A DNA stretch of 63,560 bases, the filler included, from Trichosphaerium sp. ATCC 40318 (Eukaryota; Protista; Tubulinea): NCBI GenBank assembly GCA_038496445.1. It is 3 parts of 3 records of this genome, joined end to end, with 100 filler letters (N's around TTAATTAATTAA, not from the genome) between each part and the next. Parts side by side here need not be neighbours in the genome. Positions count along the whole stretch, not along the records: positions 26,659 to 52,234 come from JALMLS010000096.1; positions 52,335 to 63,560 come from JALMLS010000636.1; 1 more part is not named here. One strand, 5' to 3'. The notes below the pieces were generated by a model. It ran no database searches and had not been told where the DNA came from. It worked only from the letters and a program-made list of their open reading frames with translations. Shown one piece after another: positions 41,532 to 53,357 of the stretch; position 1 is the first letter of the stretch; each line of letters starts with the position of its first letter. A program made the translations under genes and the position numbers.

Positions 41532-42570
41532 TCAAACGCTACAAACATCAACAATTACAATATTATCTGGCTCAGGATCAACAACTTTTTTACTTTCTTT
41601 ACGAGTTCCATCCTCTGTTGGAATTTTTCAACTCGTCTAGGAAAATATGCAATGACACTATCATTTTACTAGGCCCCCTATAGTAGGATATAATGGTGTA
41701 CCCAAGTCATTCAATACTACAAGATATACTAGTTTTTTTCTCCCTCTGACAACAATTACTAATCTCTTTCTTGTCCATATCCATAAAACACAACTTTCTG
41801 GTTGTTGATACGTTGTGCAATGTTCTTTTCATTGATTTTGTAAGCATTTCCTCTCTGTTCGAATCACAATAAGATTACAATGATGAACCTCCATGATAAT
41901 TAACCAGCGATACCTTTAAAAAATGTTAGCAAAACAATATTCACAATGTCAAATTTTGTTTCATTGCATGTGCGTTAACATCATTAATGAGCTGTATAAA
42001 CACGTGATTTCCAGTTTTTAAACATTCCGACTTACACCTTTTACATATTCACGTCACGAGTATCTCATATCAGCTGTACCAAGCCAATAGCCATGTCAAA
42101 AGTGCGACTTTTTCACGTCATTTCAAACAACCACACGCTCCTTCTACAAAGGGAGCTACTACAAGTCTATTAGTCTACAGGCAGCTCATAATGTATAAAT
42201 AAGTTGTACGAAGTGATATAGGGGATGATCCATAGATTACAAACGAGGTGTTTTGGCCACGTTACGCTTTGATTCCAATTAGGGCATCTCAGAGTCCTTC
42301 CTTCGCGTGTACGTAATAGACGCGTAATTAGATGGCTTACGGCATTGTCCATTGCTCTGAAAGTATTTTATAACAATCTTCCAATTATCGAAGTTATACC
42401 TTCTACGTCGTTCTTGCTTTCAATTGTGATTTCTCCGTAATAAATACGCCAATATTGTTTGAATTGGCCAACTGGCACCATTGATTGTTCACACACGTAG
42501 CAAGCGCAGGATTGTGCGTCTAGAAATGTAAATAATGATTAAACTAACTCAAGGGGGAAATATTCGTCAT
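41532..42570 (-). pseudogene. Error-ridden mirror copy of the F-box/SPRY gene
   Basis: Reverse complement of 32472-33529 with many indels. Confidence 0.7.
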
Positions 42571-44163
42571 AACTGCAAATAGAGTTTTAGCTAAGTATGG
42601 TTAAGTCAACTTTGTTTCACATGTTTGCTGAACCAGATAAGTACTTTAGGATGTCAATGAATTCTACTTCGCAAAAAAACGCCTATTTGCTCGCCCAAGT
42701 TAAGGGAGCAACACAAGGAAGAAGGACGAGTTGTGTTATTTGTTTATCACTCACATTTTTGTGTTTGTTTATGGGAGCTACCAACAGCTTGTATAGCTTC
42801 ATCAAAAATATTTTTTAAGGCCATCTGTGTGATGGACGAACATTCAAGTATTCCAAAGTGCTAATTACTTTGCATTACAGTTCTTATTTGAACGGTATTG
42901 GTTAGTGTGAAATATTGTGATTATAAGAAACTACACTTGGTTTATTGGCTATTTTTCAGTACAATCTCATAAGCTTGGGTTCCAAACACAAAACTCGTCT
43001 AAAGTTCGGGTTTTGTTTTATGATACGTGTTGTATTTAAATTTCATGTCTGTGTGTACCTTGTACATATCACATCTCTTGTAAATTTAAAGTCATTTATA
43101 ATATTTCATTAGCACCTACGTGACAAACAAGACAAGTCGAAAGTAAGATTCTCCATCCAAAAAACGATAAAATTAAAAACAATCTCCGGAGGACATTCTG
43201 AAACCAAAAGTCAAAAAAAAGGTATCGCGTGCTATAAACCAAGATAATTACAAACATTAATTACTTATACAACACCCTTTGATTCGCAAAGTCGACAATG
43301 TGAGAAACGAAGTTTGTTCCTTTTAGGTTACAAATTGGGAGTTTTGAATGAAAAAGCACTTAGAGTAATTATACGGAGCTCCAGTGCGTGTTTTATAGGT
43401 ATTACGTACTGAAGTAACAAGACCAACAGTGGCCATTTTCCTTTTTCTGTTTCTCATTGTAGACGCGTAGAGATCAAGCGCGGTCCTTTTATCAGCGGAT
43501 CTTCGTTGTTTATAACCGTAATTAACTATCTGCGATACACAACCGTTAATTTCCTTCATAGGTCTACCAATGTATGGCGTCGATTGAAAACATCGTTACA
43601 ATTTAAATTGTGTGTTTTGTTGTTTTAGCGCATCAACTGTTTTTTTAAGCTTTTCTTTTTCCTATGTTGGCGTAAGCTTGTAAGTACTACACTATGCATT
43701 TATCTCCTACCTGCTGCCAATTCGCAACATTTCATCTAAACAAGAAAAGACAAAATCGCGACTTACAAAATAGTGGCTTAACAATGTTAATCACGTTTTG
43801 ACAATGCCTCTAAATATAAACCACAGCAGTTATTGGGCAGGTTGAATTTAACATTTAGTAGACGCGGTAGAAGCTAATGCGCAAATGAATAAACACAAGG
43901 TCAGAAATCTTATTGATAAGTAGAAACTAAGCACAGTGTAACAATCTCATCCAAGGACAAGTTTTTATGAACATTATTAGCGGGTTGCCTTATCTGCCCG
44001 TCTATTTGCATACCATGATGTTGGTACATCTACTATTGCACAATCCCCTCTTTCTTTCTGTGATTGACTGAACTACACTTTCGAAAAGTCAGTGAAACAC
44101 GCAAGCTTGTATAAACGATGAACATTATGTAGGTTAGAATAAGTACTTTTCGCGAGGTGTAGC

Positions 44164-45070
44164 CATAAAAAGATAATAAAATGTGAAGGAAAAAGAGCGA
44201 TGGCGTAAAACTCACATAAACAACACAAGAGTACTCGATACAACATGATTTCACTGCAAAGTACAAAATTGTTAATTGTTTACTTAGCTCACTTTTGTGA
44301 GAATATGAACTAAAGCCTCGCTTTGTCTTATTATGAGATAAGGAATTGCAAGTATTTCTCACGGATTTGTGACACGTGTTGCGTTGCCTTGTTTTATCTT
44401 TTGTCATATTTTGTTTATAGCCGTTACAACAGACAATGCTGAAGAGCAGAAATTGCTGTAGACAGTATCTCCATTTTTATAAAAGCATGCTAAATTGTAA
44501 ATATTTGAAGAAAAGACACATATTATTAAATCTCGAACCCAGGAAGTTTCATTTATTTGTCAAAATATAACAAACATGGTATCAATACCTTCAGGTTAGC
44601 ATTATACAGGCGTTCAGGAAGATAGTGTACATCAACATCTTCATGGTAATAAAGGTTATGAACACCAGCCAATGCTTTAACGCCTTCATATGTTATTTGT
44701 CTACAATGAGATATATTAATGTTTGACGCCCGCTAAAGCTTTAACACTTCATCTGTTATTTGATCACAACGTATTAAGCACAATTTTATGTACGCCTGCT
44801 AAAGCTTTAACACCTTCATCTGTTACTTTTCACAATGAATAAGTGTATTGTGTGACCTTTGCTAAGGATTTAACACCTTCATCTGTTATTTGGTTAGCAA
44901 CTTTGAAGCAAACTGTATGGACGCTGTAAGCTTTTGACACTTATCTGTTACTTGTTTTACAGTAAGATAGCCAAATTGTATGAACTCCAGCTATATGCTT
45001 TGGACACCTCATTGATTGTCGGTAAGAATGTATAGCAAGTTTATGGACGCCTGCTAAGCTTTAATCACTT
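44164..45070 (-). repeat. Inverted copy of ~51320-52234 (3' end of the LRR gene and its downstream region)
   Basis: For example ttatggacgcctgctaagcttta near 45041 matches taaagctttagcaggcgtccataa near 51325. The contig end matches 44164 onward. Indel-rich. Confidence 0.85.
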
Positions 45071-45312
45071 TAATTTTGAACTTGTGGGATTTGAAAATTA
45101 CAATTTTTTTGAATATTTAGCAACAAAAGTCGTTTAATTCAACTGGCAATGAACTTAAAGTAATACACTCCCTAATTTTATTGTCCACGCATAAATTTTG
45201 CAACTGTAGTACATAAAATAAACGGTCCGTTGTATTGTTCCACACCACAAGACTCGAAATTGACTTTTTCTAAATTAAAAACGGTTTAAAACGGTTGTTA
45301 GCATAATTAGAG

Positions 45313-45965
45313 ATGGATCTACCAGGTAACATTGGCTACATAGCAGGTGGTGTTATTCATACGTTCTTGGGTTGCATGTACGGTCTTAACGCTCTAAACT
45401 ATCGTAAATACTAAAAAACCGTTATACTAGGCACGGTTGGTTGACATTTCGCGATGAGTTTAGCCTAGGACCAAAATTCTTTACTAAAAACAAAGCACTA
45501 GAAGATACAATGAAAAACACTAAGAGTTTTGAGAAATCAGCTTACCATGGCTTCCTTGGGTTCAATTACATGCACTCTATAAGCCTTGTATGTCAATTTT
45601 TTTTATACTTAACTTAACTTGCTATCACGTGATTGGGTCCAACTTTCGCGAATCACTTTGTTGATTGATTGAAAAAGTTTTGTTCTTTCTAATTGTGTTA
45701 GGTATTGTCTGGCGTGGGGTCAATATACTTGTCTTCTTTGCAAAACAAGGGTGTTATTTCTGATCCAGTTATATCTCCTGTGATCGTAGGACTAAGCTTT
45801 GTGTTCACTCTAATCGCTAAGCGTTATTTCTTCTCTGTTCCTTTCAGAGGTAAGCAAAACAAGAAAAAAACTAAAGTATCTTGGTTTAATCTAAAACTCT
45901 TGGTAGCAATGTTTTTAGCGAGCATTTTTATGACATCCAACTATATTTATGACATGTGCGCTTAA
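45313..45965 (+). CDS. Small multi-TM membrane protein resembling the bacterial LIC_13387-like family, 4 exons
   Basis: Spliced: MDLPGNIGYIAGGVIHTFLGCMHGWLTF...GFLGFNYMHSISL...KRYFFSVPFRAMFLAS.... Family resemblance is from memory of the GFNxxHS and YxFSxPF motifs. Confidence 0.6.
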
Positions 45966-46308
45966 ACTTTGGCAGCGAGGCAAAAAGAATGAGAGTGTCA
46001 TGGTGTCAAACATTCAACATGTGTATGTATAATTTACTAAAACGGGATACTACAATAAGCTGGGCAATAAATACTTTAAAATTCTGAACCCATTTCAGAC
46101 TCTACGCTTGTAGTGCAGCTGAACAGTAACCAGTTTAGCAGTATCGACTCATGTATTTAAGGACCATCACAACCTTAAGTAGGAGATGAGAAAGTACATG
46201 CCACGCTCATTGTAGCAACAAAAAGTGTTAGTCAGTAATTTTTTTTTCCAATTTTTTGATTTCGATTGACTCCATCTTACTCTGAAACTTTTTCAAGATC
46301 AAACAGCA

Positions 46309-48087
46309 ATGGAAAGACCTCCATTTCCAATAAATTTACGTGCAGCATATGACTACTATCTCCAAAAGCACAATACCGTCTTTCAAAACGTAAAATCAAA
46401 AGAAACGCCAATACAACGCGAAATGTTTGATAGGGATGTCACTGCAGCGATTAATAGTGTTCTTGTATCGGCAGAAGCAGAAATGAAGTGCAAGTTAGAC
46501 ACAGTACTTATAAACTTTGCTAAAGCGCTTCCTTGCGCTACCAATTACGAGGACTCAACAGCGCTTGAAGGACGACATAAAAACTCTTACGCACGCAGTA
46601 CGTATCAACTTATCCCTGCTGCACTACTTTGTACACCCTATCCAGTGTATTACTCGCATTTGAGCCAGTATTAACACCCTCAAAGTGTGAACATCCTTGT
46701 GTACGTACTTACCTTTGATTAGGCCTAAAGCAACCAAAACATGTTTATTAGATCTACCACCGAGATTATGTGCTTGATTCTACAATACACGTCAAAAGCA
46801 AGGTACATCGCTGCACAGACATGTAGATCATTCGCAGATATTATACATGACGTCATTGGTTATGTCTCTGCAACAGTTAAACCACATGATGCACTTACTA
46901 TCCGTCACTATAAAGGTACATTTTTTGGCTTGCAATGACATGTATTCAATAGTAGCTTGGATATTTATCTATCTCTAGGTGTAATGTCAAATACCCTCAT
47001 AAAGGTTGATGCCATGTACAACAATATAACACATTGGTTGTCAGGATGCAAGAAACTTGTCTTTCCTTATGATTTACAGGACAAAGACTTTATTCATTTA
47101 TCTGGTGTTCATACTATCAATATTTCACGTACAAATATATCAGATAAAAATATCAAAGCTCTTGCTGGTGCTCATACAATTAATCTTTCGCAAACTAAAG
47201 TGACAGACCAAGGCATTGCTTACCTAAAGGGTGTACATACCATCGACCTCCTACGTTGTACGCAAATAACAGATTACGGTATCAAAGCTCTTGCTGGTGT
47301 TCATACAATTAATCTTTCGCAAACTAAAGTGACAGACCAAGGCATTGCCTACCTAAAGGGTGTACATAGCATTAATCTTAGTTACACCGAAGTCACCGAT
47401 GTTAATGCCCTTCAAGGTGTTCATACAATTAACCTTGAAGGTAGTTATGTGACAGATGAAGGTATAGAAGAACTAAAAGGTGTACACACCATTGCTCTTG
47501 ATGGTTGTCGAAACATATCAGACAAAAGTATGAAATCGCTTTCTGGTGTTCACACTATTAACCTGATGAGTCTTAATGTAACGGATAAAGGCATTAAAAT
47601 GCTTAAAGGTGTCCATACAATTGATCTGACCGAAACTCAAGTAACAGATGAAGGCATAAAAGCGCTTGGAGGTGTTCACACTATTATCCTGAGTGCCACA
47701 AATATAACAGATGATGGCATTCGTGCACTCAAAGGAGTTCATTCAATTGGTCTTTCTAATACAAAAATAACAGGTAAAACTCTTAATGCTTTGGCTGGTG
47801 TACACACTATTGATTTATCTGAATGCCCTATTGTTACTGGTATATCAGCACTCAGAGGTGTTCATACAATCTCCTTAGAACATACAGATATTACAGACGA
47901 GGACCTACAAGCTCTGTCTGGTGTTCATACACTTGATCTATATGGTTGTGCTAAGATTACAGAAAAGGGAATTCTAGCAATTGCTGGTGGCCTGCGTAAG
48001 CTTTGTATTACAAAGACTACTGTCACTGCGGACATATTAGATAAAATTCCATGTGTACAACTTTTCAATGGTTGTACAATGTATTGA
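46309..48087 (+). CDS. F-box-like plus LRR protein ('GVHTIxLxxTxVTDxGIxxL' repeats), probably spliced from three ORF blocks
   Basis: About 14 LRRs of 19-22 aa in 46957-48087. F-box-like TTEIMCLILQY upstream. Joining to the 46309 block is inferred. Confidence 0.75.
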
Positions 48088-48392
48088 TTGCTTGACTTAT
48101 TGGTACAGTGTAACTTTGGCTTCAAAGCGTGGAATAACTTGTGATATACCATTTCAAGGAGTGCCAACCTTGACAATAGTGCTAAAATATAATTGTTCTT
48201 ATTAGCAAGTATTGCCTTGAAATAAACTCTTTCATTCCTAGTTAGTTGTCCCTTTATTGATAGTGACTTTGTAGGCGAGATCAACAAATAAGTTTACAGG
48301 GGCATTGGAATACTAGACAGCAGAAAGAAGCAAAGTTACCAAAGATATTTTTATTTTCGATCTTCAAATAAAAAAGCACAAATGAGAGTCAA

Positions 48393-49536
48393 TCAGATAG
48401 AGTTATTTTTTGAGTGCCAAAGCCCATCACACCGTGGCTTAATAGTCATACCATTATCAACAATATCAACAGCAAAACTACCCGCAAACATTACAGTTTC
48501 ATACTTTGTACCGTCATCATTAACTATAACAGGTACTGTACAATAACCAGGTGATATTTTTGATAAGTCGATTACAGGCCACTTGGACTTAATAGTAGTA
48601 CTAAACCTCTCTGCACTACACCTATCTCCATACACCATCACCATCAAAGGCGCAGAACGCTGTTATCCATCCACTCAGGTATGAAGGACCACTACCACCA
48701 GAGTGCTGATCGCATATCTTTCCCCAGAAGTCGAGATTTGGTTTTCCGGAAGAAGCCGAGATTAGCTCATCCAAAATAGGAGATAAATGTGCGTGCCACT
48801 TTTTCATCATTTTCTTACCAGAAACTTCGAATTCAACGAGTTTATCAATCTTTTTACGTAGCTTGATGTAGTCCTCAGGTGTGCCGAGAAGAGTGACGTT
48901 TGGAATGCCACACATGAGGCAGAATTCAAACGAAAAGTATTTTTGCATGCTTGACATTAATAGAACTGACGAAACGACCTTATCTGTCGTTGTCGTTGTC
49001 GTAAAGTCTTGAATAATCCAAGAGCGTATTTGATCGTCTTTCAGGTTCTTGTTAATCTCTACCGTCATTCGTTGGGCTAAACCGGCGTAATCTGCTGTTC
49101 GGAGTGTGCCACCGCCTTTGACAACGAGTTTCTTCTTTCCTGAATGAGATACAAACTTATTTCGAAGCTTTTGGGAGTTGTTGTTGACATAGAGGCTGAA
49201 CTGCGCGAGTATAGCAGTCCAGAAGTCGTCTGGGCGCAGAATAATATTGTGGTGATAGCAATACGCAGCGATAACGGAATCAACGAAGCCGTTAGTGTTC
49301 ATACCCCTTGCGGAAGGGTTATTCGGGTCTTCTGAGCATTGCAATACTTCTTTGAGCGGTTTATCGCTGTTGTTACCCGACAGGTGATCAAGAGGGTTCC
49401 TGGAGATCTTCTTAGCGTCTGTGTTGCCTTTTAAATACTCTTTAAGGCCAGAAACAACACTACGAAGACCAGGCTTGGTATTACTTAACTGTACAGCCGT
49501 AGGTTTCTGATTTGAAGGTTGAAATGTTGTAGACAT
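48393..49536 (-). CDS. DUF4419 domain protein, intronless, frameshift near 48630
   Basis: NGFVDSVIAAYCYHHNIILRPDDFWTAILAQFSLYVN..LRNKFVSHSGKKKL, DFTTTT, LMSSMQKYF, CGIPNVTLLG and SGPSYLSGWITAF. Confidence 0.85.
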
Positions 49537-50363
49537 AGTTGTGTAACGTTATTTTGTGCTAAAAATGGAACAACAGACTTTTTCTTCAAAAAAAATGATC
49601 AATGAAATAGTTTACGAGATACCTTTTTTGTATTGGCTCTGAGAAGCTCAATCAAGGGTTGAATTGCACCAAGATTTGTTTATTGTCTACTAGTGGTACA
49701 GCAGGACAAGAATGGCTTGAGTCTTTTCGGGCTCTTGAACAAAAACTAGAAGACGTTTTTATTAACCGAACTTTGAAAAAGTTGCAAGTTTTCAGGCTTT
49801 ATCATGTGTAGTACAAATTAACAACAGTCCTCCACCTAATCTACAATTTGGCATTACAAAAACCTCAAGCTGAAAACGCTCACATTTACTTCCATCCTCA
49901 AATCTACGAAAAAAACAAGATAATCTCACAGTGCTATTAACAAAACGAGCTTCGCAACTAGTTTGAACCGTCAACAAACTGGCAACTTACAAGGATACTA
50001 AGTACTAATAGGCTTGCAAGCGGTGATACCTTGGAAGAATAGTTCGAGGAAAGCGTTTAAAACTTAGTTCGTAAATCATACTAAAATGCTTAATACTATA
50101 CAAGTGCATGAGCCAGTAAAGTGGATACTAACAAAGCAACACAATGAATAAAAGTGTAACGCATCATGAAGATCACGTGGATCCACGTGTCTACTACTCC
50201 TACCGGTTGTGCTTGCCAATGGTGATAGAAATGATGAACGAATGTTTCACGAGAATCACGTGTTTTATCGTTAAGACCTAGAAGAATTCAATTGAAGTCT
50301 TGTACATCTGAATTAAAAGATATCTTCATTACACCTCAACACCATACACAGTTACACAAAATC

Positions 50364-51757
50364 ATGAACTCAAACAGCGCATTCTTTGATATAATGCCGT
50401 CGAAGTATTAGTTAATATTCTACAGTTTGTCCCTACGTTCTGTATGTATTCAATTGCGCGAACATCACATTTATTGTCCAACATCGCTGTAAAGCATTTC
50501 GGATACGCAACTGGCAGAAAAATTGTTATTAACTCTAGAAGAAGGCTTATAACACTGTTTCAGAGATTTAGACGTTTAATCAGCACAAGTACGATTGATA
50601 TTAAGTTTCGTATCAACCAAGAAGACTTAAAGTACCTACATGGTGCTTATGCTCTCATACTGTCCAAGTTGCGCAAGAATATTGACTTTAGGGGATTCAA
50701 AGTCATCAACAGTATTAGCTTTACTTCATATGAGAATGGATGGTTCTACCGTAGTATGAAGGCCGATGTGAATGATGAGATTGTTAAGCAGCTTGCTGGA
50801 ATAAGGACAATATCCATTAGTGCTAATAATCCATTTATCATTAACGTTACAGATATTGGTGTTAAAGCATTAGCAGGAGTTCATACAATTACACTCAACC
50901 ATTGTGATCAAGTAACAGATGATGGTATCAAAGCATTAGCGGGAGTCCATACAATTGATATATCTCATTGTAAACAAATAACAGATGAAGGTGTTAAAGC
51001 ATTAGCTGGCGTTCATACAATTAAGCTTATACATTGTGACCAGTTAACAGATTATGGTATCAAAGCTCTAGCAGGAGTCCATACAATTGATATATCTTAC
51101 TGTTATCAAATAACAGATGAAGGTGTCAAAGCTTTAGCAGGTGTCCATGAAATTGATATATCTTATTGTAAACAAGTAACAGATAAAGGTGTTAAAGCGT
51201 TAGCTGGAGTTCATACGATTTGGCTGCTAAGTTGTTGTCGAGTTACAGATGACGGTGTTAAAGCCTTAGCAAGCGCCTATAAAATTGTACTTATTGATTG
51301 TGAACAAGTAACAGATGAAAGTGTTAAAGCTTTAGCAGGCGTCCATAAAATTACTATACATTCTTACCGACTAACAGATGAGGGTGTCAAAGCATTAGCT
51401 GGAGTTCATACAATTTGGCTATCTTACTGTAAACAAGTAACAGATGAAGGTGTCAAAGCCTTAGCAGGCGTCCATACAGTTTGGCTTCAAAGTTGCTACC
51501 AAATAACAGATGAAGGTGTTAAATCCTTAGCAAAGGTCCACACAATTACACTTATTCATTGTGAAAAAGTAACAGATGAAGGTGTTAAAGCTTTAGCAGG
51601 CGTACATAAAATTGTGCTTATACGTTGTGATCAAATAACAGATGAAGGTGTTAAAGCTTTAGCGGGCGTCCATACAATTAATATATCTCATTGTAGACAA
51701 ATAACAGATGAAGGCGTTAAAGCATTGGCTGGTGTTCATAAACTTTATTACCAATGA
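50364..51757 (+). CDS. F-box plus LRR protein with ~13 near-identical 22-aa repeats
   Basis: ATG 50364 plus a 1-nt frameshift gives F-box-like (P)VEVLVNILQF. Repeats read ALAGVHTIxxxxCxQ(I/V)TDEGVK. Confidence 0.85.
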
Positions 51758-52234
51758 AGATGTTGAGTGTACACTATCTTCCTGAACGCCTGTATAATGC
51801 TAACCTGAAGGGTATTGATACCATGTTTGTTATATTTTGACAAATGTAAATGAAACTTCCTGGGTTCGAGATTAAATAATTTGTGTTCTTTTTCTTCAGA
51901 ATATTTACAATTTTGCATGCTTTGTATAAAATGGAGTATAATGTCTACACAATTTCTGATCTTCAGCATTGTCTGTTGTAACGGCTATAAACAAAATATG
52001 ACAAAGATAAAACAGGCAACTGCAACACGTGTCACAATTCCGTGAGAATACTTGCAATTCCTTATCTCATAATAAGAGCAAAGCGAGGCTTTAGTTCATA
52101 TTCTCACAAATGTGAGCTAAGTAAACAATTAACAATTTTGTACTTTTGCAGTGATATCATGGTGTTTCGAGTACTCTTGTGTTGTTTTATGTGAGTTTAC
52201 GCCATCGCTCCTTCACTATTTATTATCTTTTATG

Positions 52235-52334
52235 NNNNNNNNNNNNNNNNNNNNNNNNNNNNNNNNNNNNNNNNNNNNTTAATTAATTAANNNNNNNNNN
52301 NNNNNNNNNNNNNNNNNNNNNNNNNNNNNNNNNN
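52235..52334. other. Artificial contig linker
   Basis: N44-TTAATTAATTAA-N44. Confidence 0.98.
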
Positions 52335-53025
52335 CGACGATGAACCCGATTCTGACGACGATGGGATTCCTGACGATGAAGACGACGACGCAGACGGGGA
52401 CGGGGTTGACGACGACGAACAAAGCGACTGCGACAACGACGGATTCCCCGACCAAGAGAATGACGAGGACTGCGACGGCATCCCTGACGACGAGGAGAAC
52501 GACATGGAGGGTGACGGGATTCCTGACGACGAGGACGACGACATGGACGGTGACGGAATCCCAAACGACGATGATCCTGACGCAGACGGTGACGGCATCG
52601 ACGACGAAGAAGAAGGCCCGTACGAAACGACTTATGGGTGCGACTGCTCGAAAGCCGAGGGTGCTTTGCTTGCGATCGATTCGGAAGGGAATCAAACCGT
52701 CAACGACTGTTCTAAAGTCGACTGCACCAATTACACCCCGTACTCAAAACAGGTCGCGTTTCCCCCGGTGCCGACTCCCGACCTTAACGCCGATCTTCCT
52801 TTGAATAACGCTCTGGGCGGTCTCGTGCAGGACATCTATGTGCCTTCCGAAGCGGTCCCTCCTTTGACGTTCAATCTCGGTATCGTCGGAAACGTGACGG
52901 TGCCTCTTCTGACTGAACCCAACAGCACAATTGACCTGGTCCGCCGGATGACTCGGGCGTTTCTGCTGTTCACTTTCGTCGTGACTTTCCTCTCGTCCCT
53001 CCTTCGCGTTTTCAGGCAGTACTAA
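52335..53025 (+). CDS. pIII-like minor coat/adsorption protein, 3' part (copy 1)
   Basis: Acidic DxDxDGIPD repeats, then C-terminal TM AFLLFTFVVTFLSSLL. TAATG overlap with the next gene. Confidence 0.75.
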
Positions 53026-53354
53026 TGTTTACAGGTCTTGTGAATTGGATGCTTTCGGTCGTGAACTTCGTCCTTGATTGGACGGTGATCATGTTCACGT
53101 GGCTAGTGAATTACGCTCTTTGGAAAACCATCGAATGGCTTTGGTTTATGCTGCGGCCTCTGTACCAACGTCTTATAGATTACCTTCCCGATATCCCTGC
53201 TTATGATCTTTCACTCTTGGGGAAAGCCTTCACCGTCGGGGACCATTGGATGCCCCTCACCGAAGCCATCGACATGATTGTCGCCTACTGGGCGTTCGTC
53301 GCTATTTTTGTCGCTGTTAAACTCCTCCTGAAAGCTATTCCAACGGTAGGCTAA
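53025..53354 (+). CDS. pVI-like hydrophobic minor coat protein (copy 1)
   Basis: 109 aa, hydrophobic, ends KLLLKAIPTVG, and lies between pIII and Zot. Confidence 0.8.
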   Translation: MFTGLVNWMLSVVNFVLDWTVIMFTWLVNYALWKTIEWLWFMLRPLYQRLIDYLPDIPAYDLSLLGKAFTVGDHWMPLTEAIDMIVAYWAFVAIFVAVKLLLKAIPTVG

Positions 53355-53357
53355 CCC

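Larger units (their letters stand above)
32046..42989. repeat. Large inverted repeat: arms 32046-37442 and 37624-42989, 181-bp spacer
   Basis: Reverse-complement match checked at both ends and through mirrored ORFs. The outer right arm is rich in indels. Confidence 0.95.

Noticed and set aside
32046-42989. Polinton, virophage or TIR transposon
   Set aside because: The arms hold ordinary host genes, the spacer is only 181 bp, and there is no integrase, PolB, capsid or TSD.
50860-51745. CRISPR-like array
   Set aside because: These are in-frame 66-bp coding LRR repeats, with no cas genes.
52235-52334. Phage integrated into the protist genome
   Set aside because: The junction is an artificial N/TTAATTAATTAA linker, so adjacency carries no biological information.
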